A DNA stretch of 64,000 nucleotides from contig CAKKNE010000002.1 in assembly GCA_918797485.1 (NCBI GenBank), positions 3,100,001-3,164,000 of the forward strand, written 5' to 3'. Shown in pieces: positions 1 to 8,811 of this stretch. The notes beneath the pieces are model-generated. The model was not told where the DNA came from. It saw only the letters and a list, made by a program, of their open reading frames with translations, and did not search any database. This stretch comes from Pelagomonas calceolata. Taxonomy: Eukaryota. Position numbers and translations under genes: made by a program. Position 1 is the first letter of the stretch. Every line of letters starts with the position of its first letter.

Positions 1-1057
1 CGAGCGTCGCGTGGCCGCGCCAGAGGGCGATGAAGGCGGCCACGGGTAGACATGGGCCCAGAACCATGCAGCCCAGGATCGCGACGATGGACAGGGCGCC
101 TCTTATCTTTCCCGCGTCGGGCTCGAGCCGGTGAGAGATCAGCTGCGAGGCGGGCACGCGGAGGTCCGCTATCAATGCGACGTGGTCCGACGGGTAGTTC
201 CAGCCCGGCAGCCGCGCCTCCACTATTTCATCGTCCTCCGGCGGCAACAAGACCGCGTCCACGCCAACCTCCGGTGAGCAGAGGACGTAGTCGATGCAGT
301 GGCGCGCCTCGGACGTCCCACGTTTTTTCCACGTCGTCCAGGCGGGCTCGGCGCCGAGCGCCGTCCTGTAGGCGGACCGCAGCGCGCTGGTCGTGGCGGG
401 GTAGGCTTGGGCCGCGTAGGCAGCGTCGTGCGGCGCCGCGTTCATGTCCAGACAAATAACGCACGGGAGGCCCATCGTGTCCAGGCGTTCCATGAGCTCG
501 CACACTTGCTTCTTGCGTTGTGCTTCGCCCTCGGCAGTTTTTCTCGCGACGAGGTGCGTGCACGCCACAATAAAGGAGGAGGAACCCGGCACGCGCACCG
601 TCGCGAGGAGCGCGACCTGGTTCGACGCCGCGTAGTGCATCGTCTCCACACAGACCACGGACACGGTCGCCTCGCGGCAGAACAGGGCGCAGCCGTCCTC
701 GAGGCCGCTGCCGGGTGCTGTTTTCAAACAAGGGCTCTTGGGCTTCTTCAGGAAGAACCCGCGGTAGCCCCGCTTCGATAACTGCGGCATGAACCAGTCA
801 TCGAAGTGGTCGACCTCCTCCAGACAAATCACGTCCGGCTCGGGCCCGTGGCGGAAGAGCTCCTCGATCAGCCGTTCGCGCCGCGCCTCCCACTTTAAAG
901 AATCCTTCGGCGCGCTATCGAAGCCGCCGAGCTTCGTGTCGCGGCCCGAGAGGCCGTCCGCGAGGACGTTGAATTGCACGACGCGCAGGTCCACTCCTTC
1001 TTTTTTTTTCGAGCTCTCGGCCCACCGCCTGCGGTACAGAGGTGCGCTGTTGGCCAT
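1..1057 (-). CDS. Nocturnin/CCR4-like exonuclease-endonuclease-phosphatase (EEP) protein; 3' end runs off the window
   Basis: Missing from the ORF track because there is no stop in the window. Manual translation from ATG 1057 gives MANSAPLYRRRW...LRVVQFNVLADGL...PDVICLEEVDH...EDGCALF...ACTHL...CLDMNA...WTTWKKR...CIDYV...YPSDH, the EEP/nocturnin motif set, followed by a hydrophobic extension. Confidence 0.85.
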   Translation of the reverse strand, partial: MANSAPLYRRRWAESSKKKEGVDLRVVQFNVLADGLSGRDTKLGGFDSAPKDSLKWEARRERLIEELFRHGPEPDVICLEEVDHFDDWFMPQLSKRGYRGFFLKKPKSPCLKTAPGSGLEDGCALFCREATVSVVCVETMHYAASNQVALLATVRVPGSSSFIVACTHLVARKTAEGEAQRKKQVCELMERLDTMGLPCVICLDMNAAPHDAAYAAQAYPATTSALRSAYRTALGAEPAWTTWKKRGTSEARHCIDYVLCSPEVGVDAVLLPPEDDEIVEARLPGWNYPSDHVALIADLRVPASQLISHRLEPDAGKIRGALSIVAILGCMVLGPCLPVAAFIALWRGHATL

Positions 1058-1456
1058 GCCTGCTTTGCTTATACTCCCAAATTGACTGCTCAGGTGTGCA
1101 GTGGCACTGCCAGTGTCGATTCGTACGCAGCTGTGCGACCTTTTGCCCTTTTAGGTTTCAGGGCTGCAAAACGCTTCCTTTGCCCGCTTATTTTGGCCTT
1201 GTAGCGGTAGTAACGCACAAAAATGCCAAAGCATGCCAAGGAGCTAGCGACATGTAACACACTAGCAAGCACGGGACGGCCTCCGCCGAGGCGGCTTACG
1301 CCAGGCGTGGTGCAGCAGGGCTCCTGGGAGCGAGGCGTGGCGCATCTCAACTATTGGGAGCGATCCGTCGTGCCGCCTCGCAGCCGCCGGACACGTCTGC
1401 AAGCTATAGGCTGTGAACAGCCAGTTTAGCAGCCAACAACAATAGCAGCCAAAACG

Positions 1457-3982
1457 ATGCAGCGGGGTTTCACGTCGAGCAGCCCGCGCGACAGCCAGGA
1501 GCGGCCGCGCAGCGTCGAACCGGCCGTACCCTTGAAGAGCGTGGTGCACAACCCCGGCACGTCTTCCTTGTTCCCGAGCTTCGCGAGCCTTTTTGACGAC
1601 GGCCCGGCTATTACACCTAGACATGCGCACGAGCTCAGCTTGCAAAGAGCCGTGACGAGTCAAGACGTGGCTCCCTTACTCAATTCAAGAATGAGAGAGC
1701 TCTACGCGCGCTTCAGCAACAATCAACCAGACGAGAACGTCGAGGACGAATCCACGCAACGGGAGCGTGCCGTGGCCGCGCGCAAAGCACTCCAGGACGT
1801 GCCGCGGAGCTTCTTTGCGGATGACGCGAGCTTTGAGCTCCAGAACGCGTCCAGTGCCTTCGCATCTAACTCATCTCTGGACGACGCCGAGCGAACAAAA
1901 CAACTGGACGAGGCCCAGGCCCACTTGGATGCGGTGGAAGGCGCTCTGGTAGCGCAGCTCCGCGATAGTTCCGACGACTTCTTTGACGCGCTCGGGGATT
2001 TCCGGGCGTTGTGGGGTCAGGTGTCGCGCACGGGCGCCCAAGTCCGGGCATTGAGGACGAAGCTGAGGGATACGCAGTCGGACGCCGTCGAGGGGACGAT
2101 GCGCGTGCCTCGGCTAGCTTGCAGACAATCTAATGTGGTGGCCTTCGCTAGTACGTTACGACAAGTGAAGGAGGTGCGAGACGCGTCGGAGAAAGCCAGA
2201 GCGCTCATGTTAGCTGAGGACTTCCCCGAGACGTGTCGCGTCATCCACGAGGCACGAGAGACGCTGGACGGCCCGCTCAAGGGTGTCGCCTGTTTAAAAC
2301 ATACGGCGCATCACCTCGCCCAATTCCAGGACCTAGCTTTGAGTTATATGGGCAACCAGTGGACGGCTTTAGCTGTCATCAACGCCTGGGACGGCGACGG
2401 TGGGGTGGGTCGGAGATCGGTTCCTGTCAGTAGAATAGCGCCGCTCGTCGAAGGTTTGCGGAGGGCAGGTCGATTACCTCAGGTTTTACAGAGGTATCGC
2501 CAACGCTTCGACGAGGACGCTAGAGATTTAGTGAAGACCGTGGTCTCAGAATGCGCGGGCGGAACTGATGATGACGTGTGCGGGGAAGTGGCCGCGGCGC
2601 GGCTGGCGGCGCTAGATGCGTCGGCCTTTCAAAGTTGTCTCGACTTGTGTCTGGAGCATCTTCTTGCGAGTGTTTGTGGCGCCGTGGCGTTACATAACGC
2701 TTTATCTGCATTACTTACATCTAGGGTGGACCCTACAGTACTAATCAAGAACGAGCCGCAAGCCCTTTCAGAGATAGAAGATGATGATTTGGTGCGGAAC
2801 TCGAGGGACGGCGTGGGCGAGTTGTGCGAGGGCGTCCTGAAACGCGTCGGGCGGCTGGTGCAGCTCCGGAAAGAGCAAAATGCTCGCCTCAAGCAGTCGG
2901 AGTTACGGAGAGTGTGGGCCTCGTCCCTAGCTTTCGCTTCATCAATAGAACGGGCCACGGGCGAGCCCGCCTTCGCGCTTCGAAGCGCTCTCGTGGCTCA
3001 GGCTCGGGCGTTTCTCGAGAAGAGGCACTCCGACGCGAAGGCGGCATTAGTAGCGTGCCTAGACGCGGAACGCTGGGCCCAGGCCGACGTGACGCCGGAA
3101 CGACAGTCACGGTTGGATCGGTTGAGCCAAGGTTTAACAAATGACGAGGATGATACCGTGTCTGATGTGACACCGCCGGCGCGAGACAAACGGAGTCTAC
3201 GAGCAGCAAACGTCGAAGGGCGCACGTATAAATGTGTGTGGAGTGGTCTGGTGCTGCTGGATCGCATTCTGGATGCGTTAGGTGCTGCGGCAGCCTTCCC
3301 TGTGATTGCCTCGGAGGCGACCGCGTGCGTCGTCGACCTAGCTAGATTCTTCGAAAGTAGAACTAGACAGTTAGTGCTGTTCGCGGGGGCTCTACATTCC
3401 TCGGCTCGCCTGAGAACTATAACAGCAAAGCATCTAGGATTGGCCTCGCAATCATTAAATTTGATCGAAGCTTTATTGCCGCACGTCCGAGCCGCTCTCT
3501 CGGACGCCTTGCAGAACAACGACTCCGAGCTGTTGAAGGAGGTCGATGCTGTTTCTAGAGATTATGCTGATCATCATCGGAAGATCCTGGCGAAATTCTC
3601 CACAATTATTGGCGAGGTCGTCGACGCCGCCGGCGCGTCTCTATCTCAATTCTCCTACGCTGCTTGCAGTGGCGAGGCGCCGTTCGCGCCTTTTGTGAGT
3701 GACGTGGCGAAGAATTTGACTGCCTTGCATGGAGTATTAGCGAAGCAACTCCCACCTTCGCAGCTCGAGGAGGTCTGTGGGGACATCTTTTCGTTGTTGT
3801 CCGTGCGGCTTCCCTTGTTGTTCCGGCCGGCGATTCCTTCCTCTTCCGAAGCGAAGGAGAGGTTGGTTGAGGATCTGAACTTTTTGAGGAGAGCGGCGAA
3901 GGAGTTAGATTCGGCCGCGGCGGAGAAATTGAGGCTGGACGCGTTCGTCGCCGAGGTGCGGGAGGGTAATAAGCCGTCGTAA
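1457..3982 (+). CDS. VPS54: Vacuolar protein sorting 54 (GARP complex subunit)
   Basis: 841-aa helical ORF with HLDAVEGALVAQL..SDDFFDAL, LDAERWAQADV and the C-terminal Vps54 signature QLVLFAGA...LRTITAKHLGLASQSL. Confidence 0.85.
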   Translation: MQRGFTSSSPRDSQERPRSVEPAVPLKSVVHNPGTSSLFPSFASLFDDGPAITPRHAHELSLQRAVTSQDVAPLLNSRMRELYARFSNNQPDENVEDESTQRERAVAARKALQDVPRSFFADDASFELQNASSAFASNSSLDDAERTKQLDEAQAHLDAVEGALVAQLRDSSDDFFDALGDFRALWGQVSRTGAQVRALRTKLRDTQSDAVEGTMRVPRLACRQSNVVAFASTLRQVKEVRDASEKARALMLAEDFPETCRVIHEARETLDGPLKGVACLKHTAHHLAQFQDLALSYMGNQWTALAVINAWDGDGGVGRRSVPVSRIAPLVEGLRRAGRLPQVLQRYRQRFDEDARDLVKTVVSECAGGTDDDVCGEVAAARLAALDASAFQSCLDLCLEHLLASVCGAVALHNALSALLTSRVDPTVLIKNEPQALSEIEDDDLVRNSRDGVGELCEGVLKRVGRLVQLRKEQNARLKQSELRRVWASSLAFASSIERATGEPAFALRSALVAQARAFLEKRHSDAKAALVACLDAERWAQADVTPERQSRLDRLSQGLTNDEDDTVSDVTPPARDKRSLRAANVEGRTYKCVWSGLVLLDRILDALGAAAAFPVIASEATACVVDLARFFESRTRQLVLFAGALHSSARLRTITAKHLGLASQSLNLIEALLPHVRAALSDALQNNDSELLKEVDAVSRDYADHHRKILAKFSTIIGEVVDAAGASLSQFSYAACSGEAPFAPFVSDVAKNLTALHGVLAKQLPPSQLEEVCGDIFSLLSVRLPLLFRPAIPSSSEAKERLVEDLNFLRRAAKELDSAAAEKLRLDAFVAEVREGNKPS

Positions 3983-4178
3983 TTTATCACAACACGTCGC
4001 GTCGACGGCGCGGGGGTGGAGACTCCGGATGCCACGAGCTTCGTTCGGGTTCGCCTGTTTCGAGCCGGCGCCGCGGAGAGCTGGCGGAAAAAGGAGCCAT
4101 AAAGGGTCCGCTCACTGCGCCAATAGCAAGCGCGACGCGCCTAGGCAGCAGCTCGCACGCCGCCGCCGCGCCGCAAGA

Positions 4179-4862
4179 ATGGGCTGCTGCGGGTCCAGGA
4201 CAAGCGATGTGGCCCCCCGCGACGACGACCTGGAGCGCGAGACGAGCGCCTTCACGCCCCAGAAACTGAAATTGCTCCGCGAGACGCTCTCGCCGCCGCG
4301 CCGCGAAAAGCGCGGGAGCGCCTGCGGCCGGGCCTGCAAGGCCTTGTTTCTGATTACGCTCGTCGCCGCGGCGGCGTTTTCCGGCGCCGCCGCCGCGGGC
4401 AGCTTCGACTCGTTTTGCTTGGGTGCCGCGCCGCTGCCCAAGCGGGGCAGCAGCCGGGCGCCCATGGTCGAGAGTCGCGCCGAGGCCGCGGTCGGTCTCC
4501 GCAGCGGCGAGGCCTTCTGTTCAGCGGTCGATGTGGGCCGCACCGCCGTGGGTATCGGTCGGAAGGGCCTAGGCTACCTGCCGCCGCTCCCGGCCTTCAT
4601 CACGCGGCGGGTGCCCGCGCCGGTCCGGACGCTCTGGGACTGGGTCGCCGGCGGCGAGGAGCCCGCGGCGCCCGCCAAGGCCGCGCCACCACCGAGGCCG
4701 AAGCCGGAAGCGAAGCCGCCGGCCGCGAAGCCTGCGAAGCCTGCCGCAAAACCAGGCGCGAAGAAGCCACAGAAGCCTCGGCGGACCTCAAAACCAGCCG
4801 CGTCGTCCGCCGAGTTCCTTCGCAACGCAGCGAGGTCTAGCAAGCCTAAGGAAAGTTCCTAA
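4179..4862 (+). CDS. Hypothetical membrane protein with predicted N-terminal myristoylation/palmitoylation (MGCCGS), one TM helix and a Pro/Lys-rich tail
   Basis: ATG at 4179, GC3-rich codons, hydrophobic ALFLITLVAAAAFSGAAAAG. Confidence 0.6.
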   Translation: MGCCGSRTSDVAPRDDDLERETSAFTPQKLKLLRETLSPPRREKRGSACGRACKALFLITLVAAAAFSGAAAAGSFDSFCLGAAPLPKRGSSRAPMVESRAEAAVGLRSGEAFCSAVDVGRTAVGIGRKGLGYLPPLPAFITRRVPAPVRTLWDWVAGGEEPAAPAKAAPPPRPKPEAKPPAAKPAKPAAKPGAKKPQKPRRTSKPAASSAEFLRNAARSSKPKESS

Positions 4863-7240
4863 GAGAGATCTAGCGCCGCGAGCGTCGCCGCGCGCTCGTC
4901 GCCCGGCGGCAGCTTGAGGACCTGCTGCAGCACGGGGAGCAGCTGGCGCTTGAGCTGCGCGTTGGGCGTCGACAGGAAGCACACGATCGTCGTCCGCAGG
5001 TACTCGAGCTGCTCGCCGTCCAACCCGGCGTCGACGGCCGCCTGCCTCAACACCGCGTCCCGCCGCAGCTCGTCTTGCTGCGCCGCCGCGTCCGTCGCGA
5101 GCTTGTGCGCCTCGGACGCGACGGCGCGCAGCAGCCCGAGACCCTCGGAGCGCCGCCGCACGGCCTCCACCAAAGCCTGCAGCCGCGCCTCGACACTTGT
5201 CAGCGCTTCCCGGTCCCGCTGCGCCCGCGCAGATGACTCGTCGTTGCATCGCCGCAGCTCGTCCCTTAACTCTTCCGCGTCGTCCTCCAGTGCTTTAACC
5301 AACTGCCGCGCCGCCGCCAATTCGTCGGCCCGCCGCTGCAGCTCCGCGGCCGTCGCCGGGCTCACGACGCCGCCGGCGTTTTCCGCGGCCGCTTCCAGGA
5401 GCGCGGCGGCGAACTCGCCTCCACTGCCAGTGCTGCCCAGCGCCTCGATGTTCGACTCGACCTGCTCGTGCGGCAGGTGTAGTAAAGAACGTAAAACAGG
5501 CAACAACCTTCGCACCGTCGCCGCGTCCGGCGCGCCGCCTCTCGGTGGCAAGGCCGTCCTCACGACTGATTTAAGGTACTCGACGGCGCCCTTCTCCTTG
5601 CCGTTTCTTCCGTTGGTCTCCACGAAGGCCTCGCGCGCCTCCCGCGTCGCCCGCCGCGCCGCGAGCAATTCCCCGTCCCGGTCGCCCACTTGCTTCTCCA
5701 GCCGTCCCGCCGACGACCGCAACTCCGCCACCCTAGCTTCAAGCAGCTTCTTGTCCCGTACCGCACTTCGTAATAAACCTCGCAGCTCCGCGGCGTCGCG
5801 ATCCTTCGCGTCGAGGTCCCGCGCGATCCTTAGTCTGTCTTGCGCCTCATCTGCATTCGTCCGCGCCATTCTTTCAGCTTGGGCCGCGCGTCTTTCAGAA
5901 GCCGCGACGCGCTCCCGCAGCTCCGAACACTCTCGTTGGTCGTCGCGGTGCTGCCGTTCTCGGGCATCCACCCTTGCCCTCTGTGCTCTGGCCGACGCGG
6001 CCGCCGCTCGTCTAGCGGCATCTAAGCTGAGCTTGGCCGCTCTCAATTCTTCCGTCGCCCTCGTGTTATTTGAGGAGGACGCCTTGAGAGTCTCGATCTC
6101 GTTGCGCGCGGCTTCGAGCTCGCTCCGGAGCTGCTCCGCCCTTCGCTTCTCGCGCCGCAGCGACGCGACCTCGGCCTGCAGACTATCGACTTCTCGCAAA
6201 GCCACGGCCTCGAGCTCGGCGGCACACGCGTCGCGCTCGTTCTGCGCCGCCCTGGCAGCTTGTTGAGCGTCCGCGCGCGCGACGCGGTGCCTTTCCAGCT
6301 CCGCATCACTTCGAGCCTTGTCCCGCCTCAACGTCAGGACCTCCGCTTCTAAACGAGCGGCGTCGGCGGCCCGCGCGGCCGCTTCACCTTCCCAGGCCCT
6401 TTCTTGTTGTTGAGTACCTCGTGTGACCGTCGTGCCGCGGAGCATCGCCGTGAGCGAACTGCGCGGCGGCGAGGGCGGCGGCTTTGGTGCCTTCGGCTTG
6501 GGTTTGGGCTTGGGTGGTGTTGGCGGCGGCGCCTTCAGTGAGGGCGCCGGCTTCGGTTTTGCCTTGGGCTTCGGCGCGGGCGGGGTGCCATCGTCCTTCT
6601 TGACCTTGTTGTCAGGCAACCGATGGACGGCGCCCGTGCCGTCCTCGGTCACGGAGTACGTGCCGTCTCCATTCACAGAAGTCACAATTCCCCGGTGCAC
6701 GGACTTGTCGGGCAGCCTAAAACGCGCGCGGTCGCCTGTTGCCAAAGTTCGCGGCGACGAGGCGGGCGGCGGCGGCGGCGCAGGCGCTTCCTTGGGCGCT
6801 TCCGGGGCTGCGGCCGGCGCTTCTGCCGGCGTCGCCGCTTCCGCGAGAGCTTCATTAGCCTCCTCTTCCGCCGGCGCGAGCCCCAAACTGCCACCTACGG
6901 TCTGCGCGTCCTTCTTGATGCGCTCGCCGGCGGCCACGAAGAAGTCGCGCGAGCTCGACAGCAGGGCCTCGGACTTTTGACGCATCAATTCCGTCTTCTC
7001 GCCGACGCTTTCGCCGAGCGCGGCGACGTTCTCGATGAGGCCCGGTCCCTCGTCCTCGACTGGTTCCGGCGTGTCATCAACGGCGGCGGGCGTCACCGTT
7101 TGAGTCTCGCTCCGCGTCGGCGGCAGCGCCGGTAAGGGTTCGCGCTTCTCGCACCCGACCTCTTCCTGGAGGTTATCCAGGTTCAGGCCGTGCTCGGACA
7201 GGTCCTTGGCCGCATTTTTTAAATCTTGGAAGAAAGACAT
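4859..7240 (-). CDS. Coiled-coil GRIP-domain golgin-like protein
   Basis: Long coiled coil; C-terminal GRIP motif LEYLRTTIVCFL...KRQLLPVLQQVLKL; a second GRIP-like copy VEYLKSVV...RRLLPVLRSLLHL; Tudor/SH3-like beta segment (GDRARFR...HRGIVTSVNGDGTYSV); start MSFFQ at 7240. Confidence 0.7.
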   Translation of the reverse strand: MSFFQDLKNAAKDLSEHGLNLDNLQEEVGCEKREPLPALPPTRSETQTVTPAAVDDTPEPVEDEGPGLIENVAALGESVGEKTELMRQKSEALLSSSRDFFVAAGERIKKDAQTVGGSLGLAPAEEEANEALAEAATPAEAPAAAPEAPKEAPAPPPPPASSPRTLATGDRARFRLPDKSVHRGIVTSVNGDGTYSVTEDGTGAVHRLPDNKVKKDDGTPPAPKPKAKPKPAPSLKAPPPTPPKPKPKPKAPKPPPSPPRSSLTAMLRGTTVTRGTQQQERAWEGEAAARAADAARLEAEVLTLRRDKARSDAELERHRVARADAQQAARAAQNERDACAAELEAVALREVDSLQAEVASLRREKRRAEQLRSELEAARNEIETLKASSSNNTRATEELRAAKLSLDAARRAAAASARAQRARVDARERQHRDDQRECSELRERVAASERRAAQAERMARTNADEAQDRLRIARDLDAKDRDAAELRGLLRSAVRDKKLLEARVAELRSSAGRLEKQVGDRDGELLAARRATREAREAFVETNGRNGKEKGAVEYLKSVVRTALPPRGGAPDAATVRRLLPVLRSLLHLPHEQVESNIEALGSTGSGGEFAAALLEAAAENAGGVVSPATAAELQRRADELAAARQLVKALEDDAEELRDELRRCNDESSARAQRDREALTSVEARLQALVEAVRRRSEGLGLLRAVASEAHKLATDAAAQQDELRRDAVLRQAAVDAGLDGEQLEYLRTTIVCFLSTPNAQLKRQLLPVLQQVLKLPPGDERAATLAALDLS

Positions 7241-7806
7241 CCTTCGCGCCGGCAAAAATACTGAATTTTATGTGGGGCTGTTTTGGGCCTGCACTGCCGA
7301 GGCCGCCCTCTAGGACTGCTTTTATCTGAGGGCTGGCGCTGTGCAGTATAGATACGAACGTCTGCGGCAGTGTAACCCCGCCAGCAAGCTACGCAATGCA
7401 CCGATTTGTGTCGCGCTGCCGATGGCAAAAGTCTAGAGCGCGAGTGCGCTAGCTAGTCCGCTCGGCCTGCCGTCCCCGCGGATTATGCGTCTTATCGTGT
7501 CGAAAGACGTCTTCCGACAGGTCATTGGAAAGCTGACCGACACCCCCGGGCCATGCTCGGCCGGCCAGCAGCTTGTCCGCCGCGAAATTGCTAAAACTGC
7601 GCGCTGCAGCATTTCTGCCCAATCGTTCTTTTTCAGCTGCGGTAGATACGCATCTATCAGAACCGCGACTGTCTCTGATCCAACGAGCAACAGCAGCCAA
7701 AGCACATAGATCCAGCCTGCTTTCCAGCAGCCAGCGCGACGCACACGACTGCCGAGCGCGACGCACACGACTGCCGCCCGACTGCCGCAGCACCCCAAAA
7801 CCAACC

Positions 7807-8394
7807 ATGTCCAAGTTCCGCTTCGGCGCGCCCTCGCCCAAGCAGTTCATCGAGAAGCTCGCCGCCAACGACGCGTCCACGACCTCGGTCGACCTCTCGA
7901 ACAACGCTTTATTCAAGATGAAGGCCTACGAATACACGGGCCAGTTGGTAGCCGCCCTCAAGAAGAACACGCACTGCACTTCCTTAATTTTGAAGAGCAA
8001 TGAGATCGGCAACGCGGAATGTACGTATCTGAAGGAATTGCTACTCACGAACACGTCACTCACGACCTTGGATTTGGAGGGCAACAAGATCGACTCGGAG
8101 GGGGCGAAATTAATAGCGGAAGGCATCCAGAAGAACAAGACCCTCACTACTTTGATATTACTGTCGAACGGAAGCTTCGGCGAGGGCTGCATGGATTCCT
8201 GGTTGGCCGCATTTAACGACAACGTCACGCTCACGACGCTCAAGTGGCGCCTCGACTCGCGCAAGTCCTTCAAGCTCAACAAGGACATCACGCGCAACAA
8301 CTCCATCGTCAAGTGGCGCGCCGACGGCAAGGACTGGGAGACGCTGTTACCGGACCACCTCAAGCCGGCGCGGCTCCGCGGCGCCGCCCAATAA
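7807..8394 (+). CDS. Tropomodulin-like / RNI-type leucine-rich repeat protein
   Basis: LKKNTHCTSLIL, LLTNTSLTTLDLEGNKIDSEGAKLIAEGIQKNKTLTTL, NVTLTTLKW...ITRNN. Confidence 0.7.
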   Translation: MSKFRFGAPSPKQFIEKLAANDASTTSVDLSNNALFKMKAYEYTGQLVAALKKNTHCTSLILKSNEIGNAECTYLKELLLTNTSLTTLDLEGNKIDSEGAKLIAEGIQKNKTLTTLILLSNGSFGEGCMDSWLAAFNDNVTLTTLKWRLDSRKSFKLNKDITRNNSIVKWRADGKDWETLLPDHLKPARLRGAAQ

Positions 8395-8811
8395 GCTCTG
8401 TGAAATGATCGGCTGTTCTATTCCTCTTCTCGCGTCGACGGCGTGCGGCCTCGGCGCTGCGCCGTCTCGGAGTGCGACGGAATCGTGCGCCGCGGCGAGG
8501 CGTTGTGGTCGGGTTTACTCGGCTTGTTTTGTGTTCGGTTGGTACGGTTAGGACTAGTGGACGCTGCGAGCCGGTGAGCTAGCGTGTAAGACCACTAGCA
8601 AAAGGACAAAAAGCAAGCAAGCGAGGGCTGGCTTTGAGCTAGCGCCTCAGCGCCTGTGGCTCGTGCAAAAGCATGGCGTTCCACACGTCGCACGACAGCA
8701 GCCATGACGCACCAGCAAACAAACGACGAGGCATGAGACAAGAGCATGGGTGAGCTGCTGCAGTAGCTGCGGAGACAGGCACTGCTGCCAAGCACTCACA
8801 CGACAGCGGCG

